Assembly: GCA_029856125.1 (NCBI GenBank)
Contig: JAHQWJ010000062.1
Coordinates: 96,001 to 160,000, forward strand
DNA length: 64,000 nucleotides
Direction of reading: 5' to 3'
Source of the DNA: Promethearchaeia archaeon
GTDB taxonomy: Archaea; Asgardarchaeota; Lokiarchaeia; Sigyniarchaeales; SOKP01
The position numbers and the translations under genes are program-made. Below are positions 19,393 to 29,516 of the stretch, piece after piece (within the stretch, counting starts at the first letter, position 1; each line of letters begins with the position of its first letter). The notes below the pieces were generated by a model that was not told where the DNA came from, made no database searches, and saw only the letters and a list, made by a program, of their open reading frames with translations.

Positions 19393-20205
19393 TTACTGTT
19401 TCTCAATATATCCAATTATTACGCTTAAAAGTAATGTTTCGTAATACTTGAATGTGCTTTTAGTTTTTTTGATAATAGTATATTTGGTGTATTTAAATAT
19501 TTCTTTATTATGTAGTATCTTTTTTACTTTCTTGTTTTTAAAAAATGGATTTAATTTCTCACTAAGTATCGTAACTAATTTAGATTTTGTGTTTGAATCA
19601 GTTAGTAAAGTTAAATATACTTTCAGATTGTAAGAATTTAAGCGTGGGTTAATCAAAATTATGTTGCTACAATGGTAGTCTTTCAAAAGAAGATTCAAAG
19701 GTAAAACTTTTTTGGTAAAATCAATAACCTTATAATTCTGACTTAACAAGTTAAGATCTTGATTGTAAAACATTATAATAGTAGGAAAAGTTTGTTGCAA
19801 CTCTTTTTCAATATCAGATATCAATCGTTCCGTCAAGTTTTTATTTGATATTTTAAGCCGTAAGCTTATTACGTTATATCCAGACGTACAAAATGCTTCT
19901 GTGAGCGCTTTCAACATCATTAGTTTTCGATACCTTTTTATTAAGATTATTGTCGGTTTTATTAAATCTTCTTGCTGAAAAACGCTAGAAGTAGTCAGAT
20001 TGCACTTTTTTATAGATATAGACGAAAACTGATTGTTAATATCCAGCAGGTTATCAACTTCCCTAATCGTAGAAACATTTGAAAAAAAAAATCTCCATCT
20101 ATAAATTTCTTTAAATATCTTTACACAGATTAAAAGCAGGATTAACAATATGATTATGATAATATCAACTGTAATCCAATCAACTTGAAAGATGTCAAAT
20201 GTCAT
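19393..20205 (-). CDS. Membrane-anchored hypothetical protein
   Basis: N-terminal TM helix; soluble part weakly resembles an alpha/beta hydrolase without a nucleophile motif. Confidence 0.6.
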   Translation of the reverse strand: MTFDIFQVDWITVDIIIIILLILLLICVKIFKEIYRWRFFFSNVSTIREVDNLLDINNQFSSISIKKCNLTTSSVFQQEDLIKPTIILIKRYRKLMMLKALTEAFCTSGYNVISLRLKISNKNLTERLISDIEKELQQTFPTIIMFYNQDLNLLSQNYKVIDFTKKVLPLNLLLKDYHCSNIILINPRLNSYNLKVYLTLLTDSNTKSKLVTILSEKLNPFFKNKKVKKILHNKEIFKYTKYTIIKKTKSTFKYYETLLLSVIIGYIEKQ

Positions 20206-20229
20206 AATATTTACAACGCAGCACTTATT

Positions 20230-20544
20230 TTAATCTACAACTTCTTCAATCCAATCCAAATATTTCTCAGGTCCTTTCTCGATTTTGAAAGCAACACATT
20301 CGGGGTTTGAATAACTGTGAACTTCTCCGATTTTTTGAATTATTAAATCGCAATTTTTTTCAGTGGTTTTAATTATTAGAAGTAACTCGTTATCTCTTTC
20401 TATTTTTCCTTCCCACCAATATATGGAAAGTAAATTAGGTATGATATTTACGCAGGCTGCTAATTTATTTTCTATTAATAAGTTAGCAATTTTTTTACCT
20501 TCTTCAAAATTAGGTACAGTTACGAAAAATGTGTAATAATCCAT
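20230..20544 (-). CDS. cutA: Divalent-cation tolerance protein CutA
   Basis: LAACVNI, SIYWWEG, E.LLIIKT, HSY..PE, YLDW. Confidence 0.93.
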   Translation of the reverse strand: MDYYTFFVTVPNFEEGKKIANLLIENKLAACVNIIPNLLSIYWWEGKIERDNELLLIIKTTEKNCDLIIQKIGEVHSYSNPECVAFKIEKGPEKYLDWIEEVVD

Positions 20545-20820
20545 CTTTTTCCCTTAGGTATGATATCTGATTCTAATAATGTACAAATCAATTTCAATCT
20601 AATTGCGATATTAACAATTCATAAACAAAAAGAATTAAGCTAATAGGAAATCATTTATAAATTATTTTTGTATAAGGGAGAAAAAATAGATTTTAATTTT
20701 AGATTGCTTCTATGATATTTAATGTAGGAAATGCTATTTTTACTTAAATGAAATTATAAATAGGAGAACTTATATTATTAATAAAAAAAAATATAATTTT
20801 ATTATAAGGAGTGGATTGTA

Positions 20821-21546
20821 ATCCTTCACAATGTTTACCTGATATCAAATTATACGGGCATTTGTTTAATCCATAGGAAGTATGGGACAATAGAGTTTAA
20901 TCAAGATTTAGTATCTGGTTTTTTAACGGCATTAAAAGATTTTTCAGTGGAGTTCTCGAAAGGATCGGGTGAATTAAAAATCATTGATATGCAAATATTT
21001 TATCTCCTTCTTGTTTTTAAGGAAGGAATATTGTGCACAGCAGCAGCTGACAAGAATGACGATGCCAAAATAACGCACAAAATTTTAAGTGATATTATCG
21101 ACAAATTTCTGAATAAGTATGGAAACCTAATGAAGGATTGGTCAGGAGATGTTAGGTTGTTCACAGGATTTGAAAATGTTATGGATGACATGTTAAAAAA
21201 CGGTCATGTGGCAGAAATTCAAATAAAGATTCCTATTTTAAAAATCTATGAAAAAGACTTTGTAAAATCTCAGAAACTTCTAACTAAAAAGGGCATGGTG
21301 CTTTCGGAGGAAGATTTACGGAAAGTTCAAGACCAGAAGCCCACATGGACTTCAAAACGTCTTCCTTCCCAAGTAATCATTCAGGGTTTTTTAAACAAGG
21401 AACAGTATAAGATTGCTCATTTAGCAGATGGTTTTCACACTGTAGCAGATATAGCAGAGGAGGCTGGCGTTCCAAAGGCAGAGATTGATGTAATGATCGA
21501 TGATTTAGACGATCTTGGCTTGCTCAAGTTTATTGAAATAAAATAA
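20821..21546 (+). CDS. Longin-like N-terminal domain plus C-terminal winged-helix protein
   Basis: Frame open upstream of track start 20947: (M)LHNVYLISNYTGICL..DLVSGFLTALKDF; C-terminal HTH TVADIAEEAGV..LDDLGLL. Confidence 0.65.
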   Translation: MLHNVYLISNYTGICLIHRKYGTIEFNQDLVSGFLTALKDFSVEFSKGSGELKIIDMQIFYLLLVFKEGILCTAAADKNDDAKITHKILSDIIDKFLNKYGNLMKDWSGDVRLFTGFENVMDDMLKNGHVAEIQIKIPILKIYEKDFVKSQKLLTKKGMVLSEEDLRKVQDQKPTWTSKRLPSQVIIQGFLNKEQYKIAHLADGFHTVADIAEEAGVPKAEIDVMIDDLDDLGLLKFIEIK

Positions 21547-21703
21547 CGTAAATTTTTTCATATAGCCTATATATAACCCACATTTTCTAATTTCTTGAAT
21601 CTGATTTGGCTAATTTTACTATTTTTATTAAATTAAATATGCTTGTCCTATTAAAATTGGTAAACATAAAATTTATGAAAAAAATATCACTAATCTAATT
21701 AGT

Positions 21704-23176
21704 ATGAATGTGAATAAAATAGATGAAAACATCTACGAAATCCCTCAAAAAACTTTAATGGCTCGAGTAGAAGGAAAGATCGCAAAATTTCAAATGAGAG
21801 TACCTGTCCATATTTATGCTAACGATTACATTTTAGAAAAAATTAAAAACGATAGAACTTTGGATCAAATTTGTAATGTAGCTTGTCTCCCCGGTATACA
21901 AAAACATGCTATTGTTCTCTCTGATGCACACCAAGGTTATGGGTTTTGTATTGGGGGTGTAGCAGGAACAGACGCTTATTCTGGAATGATTTCCCCAGGT
22001 GGTGTAGGATACGATATAAACTGTGGTGTGAGAATTCTAAGAACAAATCTTCACCTTAAAGATATTGAAAGTTCAATTCCTAAATTACTAGACACTATTT
22101 TTAAGAATATACCATCCGGATTAGGAAGTAAAGGAAAATTAAGCATCAATTCCTCTCAATTAGATGAGGTTTTAGATAATGGCTTAAATTGGGCATTAGA
22201 TAATGATTATGCTATAAAAGAGGATTTAGAGCATTGCGAAGAAAACGGTTTTTTGAAAAACGCTGATTCAAAATTAGTATCTCAAAAAGCAAAGCAAAGA
22301 GGAATAAAACAACTCGGCTCTTTAGGGAGCGGTAACCATTTTCTCGAAATACAAAAGGTTGATGAGATTTATAACGAGTCAGTGGCAAAGAAATTGGGAA
22401 TCATTAATAAAGATCAAATAGCAATCATGGTTCATACTGGTTCCCGGGCTCTTGGTCATCAAGTGTGCACGGATTCGCTTAGAAATGTCGAGCAAGCAAT
22501 GAGAAAATACAAGATAAAAGTACCAGACCGCGAGTTAGCTTGTGTACCAGCCGATACTCCGGAGGCAATACAATACTTGAAAAACATGGCTTGCGCTGCA
22601 AATTTTGGGTTTACTAATCGCCAGTTAATAACGCATTGGCTAAGAGAATCTTTCCAAAATCATTTTAAAAGGAGTTTAGACGATCTGGATTTTAAATTGA
22701 TTTATGGTGTTTGTCATAATATCTTAAAGATAGAAGAACATGATGTTGATGGGAAAAAAATGAAATTAAACATCCACAGAAAAGGCGCAACTAGAGCCTT
22801 CCCCCCAGAGCATCCAGATATACCCCGTGATTATAAAAGTATAGGTCAACCAGTTTTAATTCCTGGAACTATGGGAACTGCTTCGTACTTATGTGTTGGG
22901 AGACCAAAAGCAATGGATCTCTCTTTTGGTTCGACAGCTCATGGATCTGGGCGTGTGATGTCAAGATCTAAAGCAACGAAACAATATTGGGGCACTAAAA
23001 TAAAGGAAGATCTAAGGAATAAAGGAATTACCGTAAAAGCCGCCTCTCCTAAAATAATTGCGGAAGAAGCTCCTGGAGCATATAAAGACATAGATCAGGT
23101 TGTCCAAGTGAGCCAAGATCTCGGCATTGTAGAAAAAATTGTAAGATTAGTTCCAATTGGCGTTGTAAAAGGATAA
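21704..23176 (+). CDS. rtcB: RNA-splicing ligase RtcB
   Basis: DAHQGYGF, GVGYDINCG, GSLGSGNHFLE, HTGSR, HRKGAT, HGSGR, EEAPGAYK; no intein. Confidence 0.97.
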   Translation: MNVNKIDENIYEIPQKTLMARVEGKIAKFQMRVPVHIYANDYILEKIKNDRTLDQICNVACLPGIQKHAIVLSDAHQGYGFCIGGVAGTDAYSGMISPGGVGYDINCGVRILRTNLHLKDIESSIPKLLDTIFKNIPSGLGSKGKLSINSSQLDEVLDNGLNWALDNDYAIKEDLEHCEENGFLKNADSKLVSQKAKQRGIKQLGSLGSGNHFLEIQKVDEIYNESVAKKLGIINKDQIAIMVHTGSRALGHQVCTDSLRNVEQAMRKYKIKVPDRELACVPADTPEAIQYLKNMACAANFGFTNRQLITHWLRESFQNHFKRSLDDLDFKLIYGVCHNILKIEEHDVDGKKMKLNIHRKGATRAFPPEHPDIPRDYKSIGQPVLIPGTMGTASYLCVGRPKAMDLSFGSTAHGSGRVMSRSKATKQYWGTKIKEDLRNKGITVKAASPKIIAEEAPGAYKDIDQVVQVSQDLGIVEKIVRLVPIGVVKG

Positions 23177-23288
23177 ATAATTACTTCTTCTTATGTTTCA
23201 AATTGAATCTTCTAAAAAAAGAAATTTTTTTTTTATTATTTCATGATAAAATTTTAAATGATATCGTTATCCAAAAAATATTTCGAAG

Positions 23289-23726
23289 TTAAATATCAAA
23301 TACTATATCTATTATGGTGCTTTCGTGTTTTTCTTCTATATTTAAGAAAGAATAAGTTATGGCCTTAACTTCGATTCCTATTTCGTGCTTACCTAAGTCG
23401 AACTTTTCACCTTTTAGAGTAGCACGCAACTTATAATTATCGTTAAATTTTTCAATTGAATGGACACAGATTTGATTAAAAACAAGCTCATCAACATCAA
23501 AAATATATAAAAATTCAGAAAGAAAATCAAATAATAGGGCTTCTTTATCCTCAGCCTCAACGATTATTTCTCTTTCGACTATAGGAGTTATTTTTTTTAA
23601 GTTTGGGGTTATGGTCGACATTAAACTATAAGCTGTTTGCGAAAAGGCTTCTTTTAATGATGATCCCCAACTTCTTACCTGAACATCGGCAGTATGATCT
23701 CTAAACTCAAATCCTGCTTTTTTCAT
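23289..23726 (-). CDS. Archease (RtcB cofactor)
   Basis: DHTADV, LFDFLSE, EVKAITY, C-terminal FDI; convergent with rtcB. Confidence 0.92.
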   Translation of the reverse strand: MKKAGFEFRDHTADVQVRSWGSSLKEAFSQTAYSLMSTITPNLKKITPIVEREIIVEAEDKEALLFDFLSEFLYIFDVDELVFNQICVHSIEKFNDNYKLRATLKGEKFDLGKHEIGIEVKAITYSFLNIEEKHESTIIDIVFDI

Positions 23727-23846
23727 GTGAAACTTAATTATTTTCAATATAGATTTACTATAAATAGGCTCTTTTAAAATTAAATCTTTGTTGTTCAATT
23801 TATTTTTTCTAGGAGTTTAAAATAATAGGTTTGAAAATGTAATTAT

Positions 23847-24362
23847 ATGTTGAGTACAGTTTCTAACTCATTTATCACTAATCTGCTTTTTTATCAAAAG
23901 TTAATTATAAAAAAGATTTTTTCAAATGAAGAACTTTTGCTTTTTCACTTTTTTCATGAAACTACCAAAAGCCCCCCCCAAAATGTGATTATAGTAAAGG
24001 AATTTGTATTTTTTTTCCTAAAAAATGAAAATTATTTCAATGCAAAGTCCAAACTACCCTATCTTAGGAAGAAATTTGCGCATAGGAAAATCGTGATTGT
24101 ACGGGAAGAGGACGTACTAGTTAACTTAGTTTATGGGTTTTTTCCAGATCCTTATATTCATACAGTTAGAATCGAAAGAAATGTTTATACCGGAAAAACG
24201 AATATAATGGTAGGTTTTCTTTCGTACGAGGAACGAGGAATAGCTATAGGAGGTAACGGTAATTACATTAAAGCAGTTAACGAGATTTTCGAAAGATATG
24301 TTATTTTTGTTAATAGCGAAGCATTTCAAGTCAGAATTAAGTGTGATGTAGTTAAAATATAA
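23847..24362 (+). CDS. Divergent NusA-like KH-domain protein
   Basis: RGIAIGGNGNYIK KH motif; layout similar to archaeal NusA. Confidence 0.6.
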   Translation: MLSTVSNSFITNLLFYQKLIIKKIFSNEELLLFHFFHETTKSPPQNVIIVKEFVFFFLKNENYFNAKSKLPYLRKKFAHRKIVIVREEDVLVNLVYGFFPDPYIHTVRIERNVYTGKTNIMVGFLSYEERGIAIGGNGNYIKAVNEIFERYVIFVNSEAFQVRIKCDVVKI

Positions 24363-25166
24363 TTACCAAGGCACATCTTTTAATTTTATTAGATACGCTA
24401 TAGTATTAGATATAAGGCTTACAGAAGGTGTTAAAATGAGAAGAAATATAACAATGTTTAGATCTGGGATCAAGTATAATCCAGGAAAAAAAATAGCTGG
24501 AATTAAAGCAAAAATCAGAGCTCCTATCGCAAAATCTAATTGATCTACGATCCAAAAAGGCGCTCCACTTTTAATATTGACCCTTCTTTTCAGAAAAGAT
24601 CCAGCTAAATCTCCAATAGCTGCACCATAGGAACAAAAGACAATCCTCAAAAGTATAATAACTATTCCTATTGGAAATGAACCTCCAACAAAATAATACT
24701 GATAATAAAACAATTCAGAATATAAATTGTAAACTCCAAGAGAAGCACCCTCAATTGGAATCTGTTGTATTGCGGGCCATAAAATAAAAAACAGCAAGAA
24801 TAATGCACTACTTAAGGGTATCCCTATGTATAAAGGTCCCTTGACAAATCCGGATATTGTTTTGTGATCTCCTAAAATTCTACGACCGTCTCGCCAAAGT
24901 TTACTTTTATCTAACGGTTTGCCGCCTCCGACAATAACCATTCCTGCGTTTGAAAAATATGCGGGGACGATAAAAAGTACACTAAAAATTAATATCGCTA
25001 ACCAATCAGCCCATGTAAAGATGATAGAGATAATCAGAAAGTTAAAAAAAAGCAAACTGATAAACGTAATTGTCAATATTATAGCGAATCTTACGTTTTT
25101 TTTATCGATATCTCCCTTATTATTTCTAGACATAAATTTTCCAGTAATATTAATGAATGTATTCAC
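24363..25166 (-). CDS. carS: CDP-archaeol synthase
   Basis: PAYFSNA, GGGKPLD..DGRRILGDHKT..G, GDLAGSFLKRR, DQLDF, LKDVPW. Confidence 0.9.
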   Translation of the reverse strand: MNTFINITGKFMSRNNKGDIDKKNVRFAIILTITFISLLFFNFLIISIIFTWADWLAILIFSVLFIVPAYFSNAGMVIVGGGKPLDKSKLWRDGRRILGDHKTISGFVKGPLYIGIPLSSALFLLFFILWPAIQQIPIEGASLGVYNLYSELFYYQYYFVGGSFPIGIVIILLRIVFCSYGAAIGDLAGSFLKRRVNIKSGAPFWIVDQLDFAIGALIFALIPAIFFPGLYLIPDLNIVIFLLILTPSVSLISNTIAYLIKLKDVPW

Positions 25167-25400
25167 TAATTTTTAATTAAAATTAAATTTTGGCAAATAT
25201 AACTAATTATACTAAACCCTTAATAATATTGCTTCCTAAATAATTATCTTTTAAAGTTCCGACAATAATATTATAAACTATCGATTTAATCGCTGCAAAT
25301 CAAAAAATTAGCATATTAAAGCTTTAATATATTATTCTTACTTTTTCGATTAATAAATAAATTTAAATAGCGCGGAATCGAAATAACAACTATTGGTATT

Positions 25401-25414
25401 ATTTCAAGTGGAAA
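25401..25414 (+). promoter_or_regulatory. Candidate ORB/mini-ORB-like Orc1/Cdc6 binding site
   Basis: ATTTCAAGTGGAAA resembles the ORB core TTCCAGTGGAAA, immediately upstream of cdc6. Confidence 0.35.
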
Positions 25415-25435
25415 ATATTTACATGGTGGAAATGA

Positions 25436-26755
25436 GTGTTGACTAATCATAATGAAAAAGGAATGTATTCATTCAATATCGATAAATTTTATCAGAACTA
25501 CTTAAAAGGACCGAAGCTTTTTAAAAATCGAGAAGCTCTCGAACCATCGTTTATCCCTGACGTTTTACCTCACAGAAATTCGGAGATCGAGAAGATAGCT
25601 GGTATAACTGCTTGTGCCTTAAAAGGTGACGTTCCTCCTAATTTCTTGTGTTATGGGATGACTGGTACGGGTAAAACGGCTACTGTAAGGTATATTTCAC
25701 AAAAACTTGCCCAACACTCTACCAAACCTCCTTGGTGGGTATATATTAATTGTACAGTAGTATCTACACCTTATAGAATCTTAGCTCATATCTACAATAC
25801 GATAGTTGGTAAAGAAATAATTCCATCAACGGGCTTACCTAAAGATGTAATTCTCAAGAAGTTATTAGGTTTATTAGACCAATATATCAAAGATAGTATC
25901 TGTTTTCTTGTATTAGATGAAATAGATATTCTGATTGAAAAAAAAGGAGGAAATGAAATCTTGTATAACTTAACAAGGTTAAATGAGAGCTTAGATCACT
26001 GTAGAACGAGTGTTATCGGCATATCTAATAAGCTAAAATTCACGGAATTCCTCGATGCGAGAGTTAACTCTAATCTTGAGGAAGAAGAACCAATTGTCTT
26101 TAAACCATATAACGCTAACCAACTCTACGACATTCTAAAACTAAGAGCTGAAATAGCTTTTAAGGAAGGCGTTATTGACGACGGAGTTATAAAGCTTTGT
26201 GCAGGTCTAGCAGCAAAAGAAAATGGTGATGCGAGAAAAGCTCTTCAGTTGTTAAGAAAGGCGGGAGAAATTGCAGAACGAAACCAAACTAAAAAAATAT
26301 TGGAAAATCATGTAGAAAAAGCTCAAAAAGATATTGATAAAGATTACATTGTTGAATATATCTTTTCGATGCCTCTTCAAGCAAAACTAACGTTGACGGC
26401 CATCTTTTTATTGTCAAAAAATACCAAAGAACACATAATTACTTCAGGAGATATTTATGAAGCTCATTCAGAATTAGCACAAATCATTCCAAATGTGAAA
26501 CAATTGACGCACAGAAGGATTAGTGATTACATTAATGAATTAGCGTTGTCAGGATTAATAACTGCTACAACAAAATCGATGGGTCATTATGGTCGAACGA
26601 AAATTGTAAAACTTGACATCGAGTTTAACCTAATAGAACGAATTTTGTCTCAGATTAATAAAGTAAAAGAATATCGATTACTAGATTATAAACCGATAAT
26701 ACTCCAAACCGATAAAGTTAAGATAAAGAATGTAGTATTTAAAAAGCTAATTTAA
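25436..26755 (+). CDS. cdc6: Orc1/Cdc6 replication initiator
   Basis: LPHR, YGMTGTGKT, YINC, VLDEID, FKPYNA.QL, GDARKAL, C-terminal WH; start may be ATG 25463. Confidence 0.95.
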   Translation: MLTNHNEKGMYSFNIDKFYQNYLKGPKLFKNREALEPSFIPDVLPHRNSEIEKIAGITACALKGDVPPNFLCYGMTGTGKTATVRYISQKLAQHSTKPPWWVYINCTVVSTPYRILAHIYNTIVGKEIIPSTGLPKDVILKKLLGLLDQYIKDSICFLVLDEIDILIEKKGGNEILYNLTRLNESLDHCRTSVIGISNKLKFTEFLDARVNSNLEEEEPIVFKPYNANQLYDILKLRAEIAFKEGVIDDGVIKLCAGLAAKENGDARKALQLLRKAGEIAERNQTKKILENHVEKAQKDIDKDYIVEYIFSMPLQAKLTLTAIFLLSKNTKEHIITSGDIYEAHSELAQIIPNVKQLTHRRISDYINELALSGLITATTKSMGHYGRTKIVKLDIEFNLIERILSQINKVKEYRLLDYKPIILQTDKVKIKNVVFKKLI

Positions 26756-27435
26756 GATAGGAACTTCCAATTATTAATATCTTTGGTAATACTCTCAAGA
26801 AAGTACGATGCTAAATCCGCGTTTTTTATTTTTAATAGGAGAAATAATTTCGCTAAGTGTTTACAGAATTTCTTATTTTCTGCTCTTTTAGTCTGAAAAT
26901 CAAGGCAATTATGTTTTATCACTTTTTCACTTATGTTTATATCAATGTTATACGGAATCTTTTGAGAACCTTGAACTTCAGCTTTAATTATTTTTTGTTT
27001 AGGATCGATAGATCTAAATTTGTATGCGCTATCAGACTCTGCTACTGCTCTATTTATAGTTCCTTTATCAAGTAAAGCTTTTAATAAAATTTTGAACTTA
27101 TTTACATCTTTATTTTTAGATTCATTGCTGAACTCGTTGAAATCGTTGACATCTTTTATCTTTTCTGAAATGTGCGTTTTCCTTTTCTCATGCCATTTGT
27201 TTAACTTAAGAGCTAAAGATTTGGATAATTTAATTCGCTCATCGCCTTCTAGTATTAAATAATCTTCATGAATGGCTGTATTTATGAATTCTTTTGCCTC
27301 TTTAGGAGAAAACAGAAACAGTTCAAAAGAAATTACGTGCAAGAAATCATCTTGTTGTATACTAGGAAGTTCTATAATTTTCCAAATATGTAAAACCATC
27401 TCTGAGGTATTGCCACGTGGAATCGCAAAATTCAC
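26752..27435 (-). CDS. DUF2240-like N-terminal domain plus SWIM zinc finger
   Basis: SFEL..FSPKEAK..I..AI; HNCLDF....KKFCKHL. Confidence 0.6.
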   Translation of the reverse strand: MNFAIPRGNTSEMVLHIWKIIELPSIQQDDFLHVISFELFLFSPKEAKEFINTAIHEDYLILEGDERIKLSKSLALKLNKWHEKRKTHISEKIKDVNDFNEFSNESKNKDVNKFKILLKALLDKGTINRAVAESDSAYKFRSIDPKQKIIKAEVQGSQKIPYNIDINISEKVIKHNCLDFQTKRAENKKFCKHLAKLFLLLKIKNADLASYFLESITKDINNWKFLS

Positions 27436-27469
27436 TTAAAGCACCTAATACAATTAAAAGTAGAAGAAT

Positions 27470-29248
27470 TTAATTAATTTTTTTAAAATCGAGTGATAAA
27501 AAATCTAAAGAATCCAATTCAATTACTGGTACTATACCTGGAGTAGGTACTATCCCAAAGCTTTTCATAAAGTCAGTTTGAGCTTGAAAACATCCCGAAT
27601 TTACGAGAGTTACATTCCTGTATTTTCCTATCCCGTTTATATGTATGTGTCCGGTATGAAAGATATCAGGGATCTTTTCTACTATTAGATGATCAGTGTC
27701 TATAGGAGCAATTTGCGTTTTTCCCCCAAATATTGGAGCAAGATGTCTACATATTAGAAATTCTTTCATGGTCTCGATCGGTTTATTTATGTCTAAATCG
27801 TGAATTAATCTATTAATATCGTGCATACTCTCTCCATGATATATAAGTGTGTTGACATTATGAGTTTTAATTAAAGAAGGGTTGCCCAGACATTTGATTC
27901 CCATGTCAACTAAATCTTCGCAATATTTCTTTGGTACTGCGGGTCGAGGTATTGCGTTTCTTACTGGTTCGTGATTTCCAGATACAAAAAATATTTTAAT
28001 ATAGTCCGGAATTTCTAAAAGAAGATCTGAAGCTTTTTTAAATTGTTTATAAATGTCTGAAATGACGAGATCTTCTTGTTGGTTGGGATATATTCCTATT
28101 CCATCAATTAGATCGCCATTGATGACTAAGTACTTTATCTTCCCAGCCTTTTCTCTCAGGAGTTTATTTTTACTTTTACCGTTTAAAAAATTAATAAATT
28201 TAGTAAATAAGCCTTCTTCAAACTCTTTACTTCCAATGTGAATATCGGAAATTAAAGCGATTGAGAGAGGATCGGGTGATAGGTTAGGCTGAAAATTTGT
28301 CGGAATATCTATTTTTGAGATGTAGGAGGCAAAAATTATTCCTTTTCTCCCATGTTCACCAGGATTATACAAACCCTTAACGAACACCATCTGATCGTTA
28401 AGAGTTCTTTCTATAATTTTGACGGAATCTAAGTTCTCCGAATTATTTTGAATCAGTACGCTAATTTTGCCTGTTAAGTCCTCCAATGTAAAAAGAAAAT
28501 TCCCCTTTTTTGTTTTATGAATTTTATCTACTAAACCTAATGTCGATATTTCAATACTATTAGAAATCCTAAATATGTTATTGATATTAGTAGTCGAACT
28601 TACTTCCGGTCTTTTTCTGATGAGGTTCTTAAGCTTATTAAATTTGTCAAGCGTTAATTCGTAAAAATCATCGTACTTTCCGTCAGTAAATAATTTATTG
28701 GTAGGATCTTGAATAATTTCGTAGTTAGATTTATATTCTTTAGCAATAGGTTTAAATGTAAAAATAGATTTGGTGGATTCGAATCTTGGAGTTTTTTTCG
28801 TGTTTTTCATTTTGGTAATTTGCTTGGGCAAGATATTTGTGTTAGAAGTTTCTTGGCTTTTGTATTCTGTTTTAGATTTTTCATTAATGGGTGGAAATTC
28901 TGATGGGAGATTTTTATCCATTAAGGAGCTCGTAACTGCTTCTTGTTGAAGATTGGAATATTCGGATATTTTGTTGGTTTTTTCATGTAATAGCAGAGAA
29001 TTGGTTTTAGATATGTTGCGTTTCAGCACTCTTTGAAGTTTTTCGTCTGAAATGTCTTTTATTACAGTTTCCGTTAAGTGGCTCTTAAACGAGGGAATAA
29101 AACTTGTTTCCCTAATAAGGAGATTTAAGTTCTTCAACGGATTATTTATGTTCATAACATTGTCTAGCATCGTAGGAGATATATTTATACCCGAATTTAT
29201 TAGTCTATTTAGAATAACCTTTTTCTGCTCTGTGATTTTGGTTTCCAA
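27470..29248 (-). CDS. polB: DNA polymerase D small (proofreading) subunit DP1
   Basis: LEDLTG OB fold, ISDIHIGS, GDLIDGIGIYP.Q, GNHE, HG, RHLAP, HTGHIH, NSGCFQAQT. Confidence 0.95.
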   Translation of the reverse strand: METKITEQKKVILNRLINSGINISPTMLDNVMNINNPLKNLNLLIRETSFIPSFKSHLTETVIKDISDEKLQRVLKRNISKTNSLLLHEKTNKISEYSNLQQEAVTSSLMDKNLPSEFPPINEKSKTEYKSQETSNTNILPKQITKMKNTKKTPRFESTKSIFTFKPIAKEYKSNYEIIQDPTNKLFTDGKYDDFYELTLDKFNKLKNLIRKRPEVSSTTNINNIFRISNSIEISTLGLVDKIHKTKKGNFLFTLEDLTGKISVLIQNNSENLDSVKIIERTLNDQMVFVKGLYNPGEHGRKGIIFASYISKIDIPTNFQPNLSPDPLSIALISDIHIGSKEFEEGLFTKFINFLNGKSKNKLLREKAGKIKYLVINGDLIDGIGIYPNQQEDLVISDIYKQFKKASDLLLEIPDYIKIFFVSGNHEPVRNAIPRPAVPKKYCEDLVDMGIKCLGNPSLIKTHNVNTLIYHGESMHDINRLIHDLDINKPIETMKEFLICRHLAPIFGGKTQIAPIDTDHLIVEKIPDIFHTGHIHINGIGKYRNVTLVNSGCFQAQTDFMKSFGIVPTPGIVPVIELDSLDFLSLDFKKIN

Positions 29249-29516
29249 ATTTGATTCTCCCGTGATTGAATTATTATGTTTATTAAAAGATAAAGATAAA
29301 TTGTTTATTATTAAAGAATAAACAATGTTTATAATTATTAGGAGGGCATGCTAATTCTCATACTTTTATCAAAAACTTTAAATCTCCTCAAATTCAAATA
29401 GTTCGATTCAACTAACCTATTAATAAAATATTTTATTTTGAACCAAGAAATTTAACATTATGTAACCTAATTTTCAACAATAGGATTAATTATCTTATCA
29501 ATGTGCGGACACTATT

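Noticed and set aside
25423-25475. Short uORF MVEMSVD and a stem (AATGAGTG/TATTCATT) at the cdc6 start as a second mRNA intron
   Set aside because: The central helix does not pair, and the predicted cuts would not restore the cdc6 frame.
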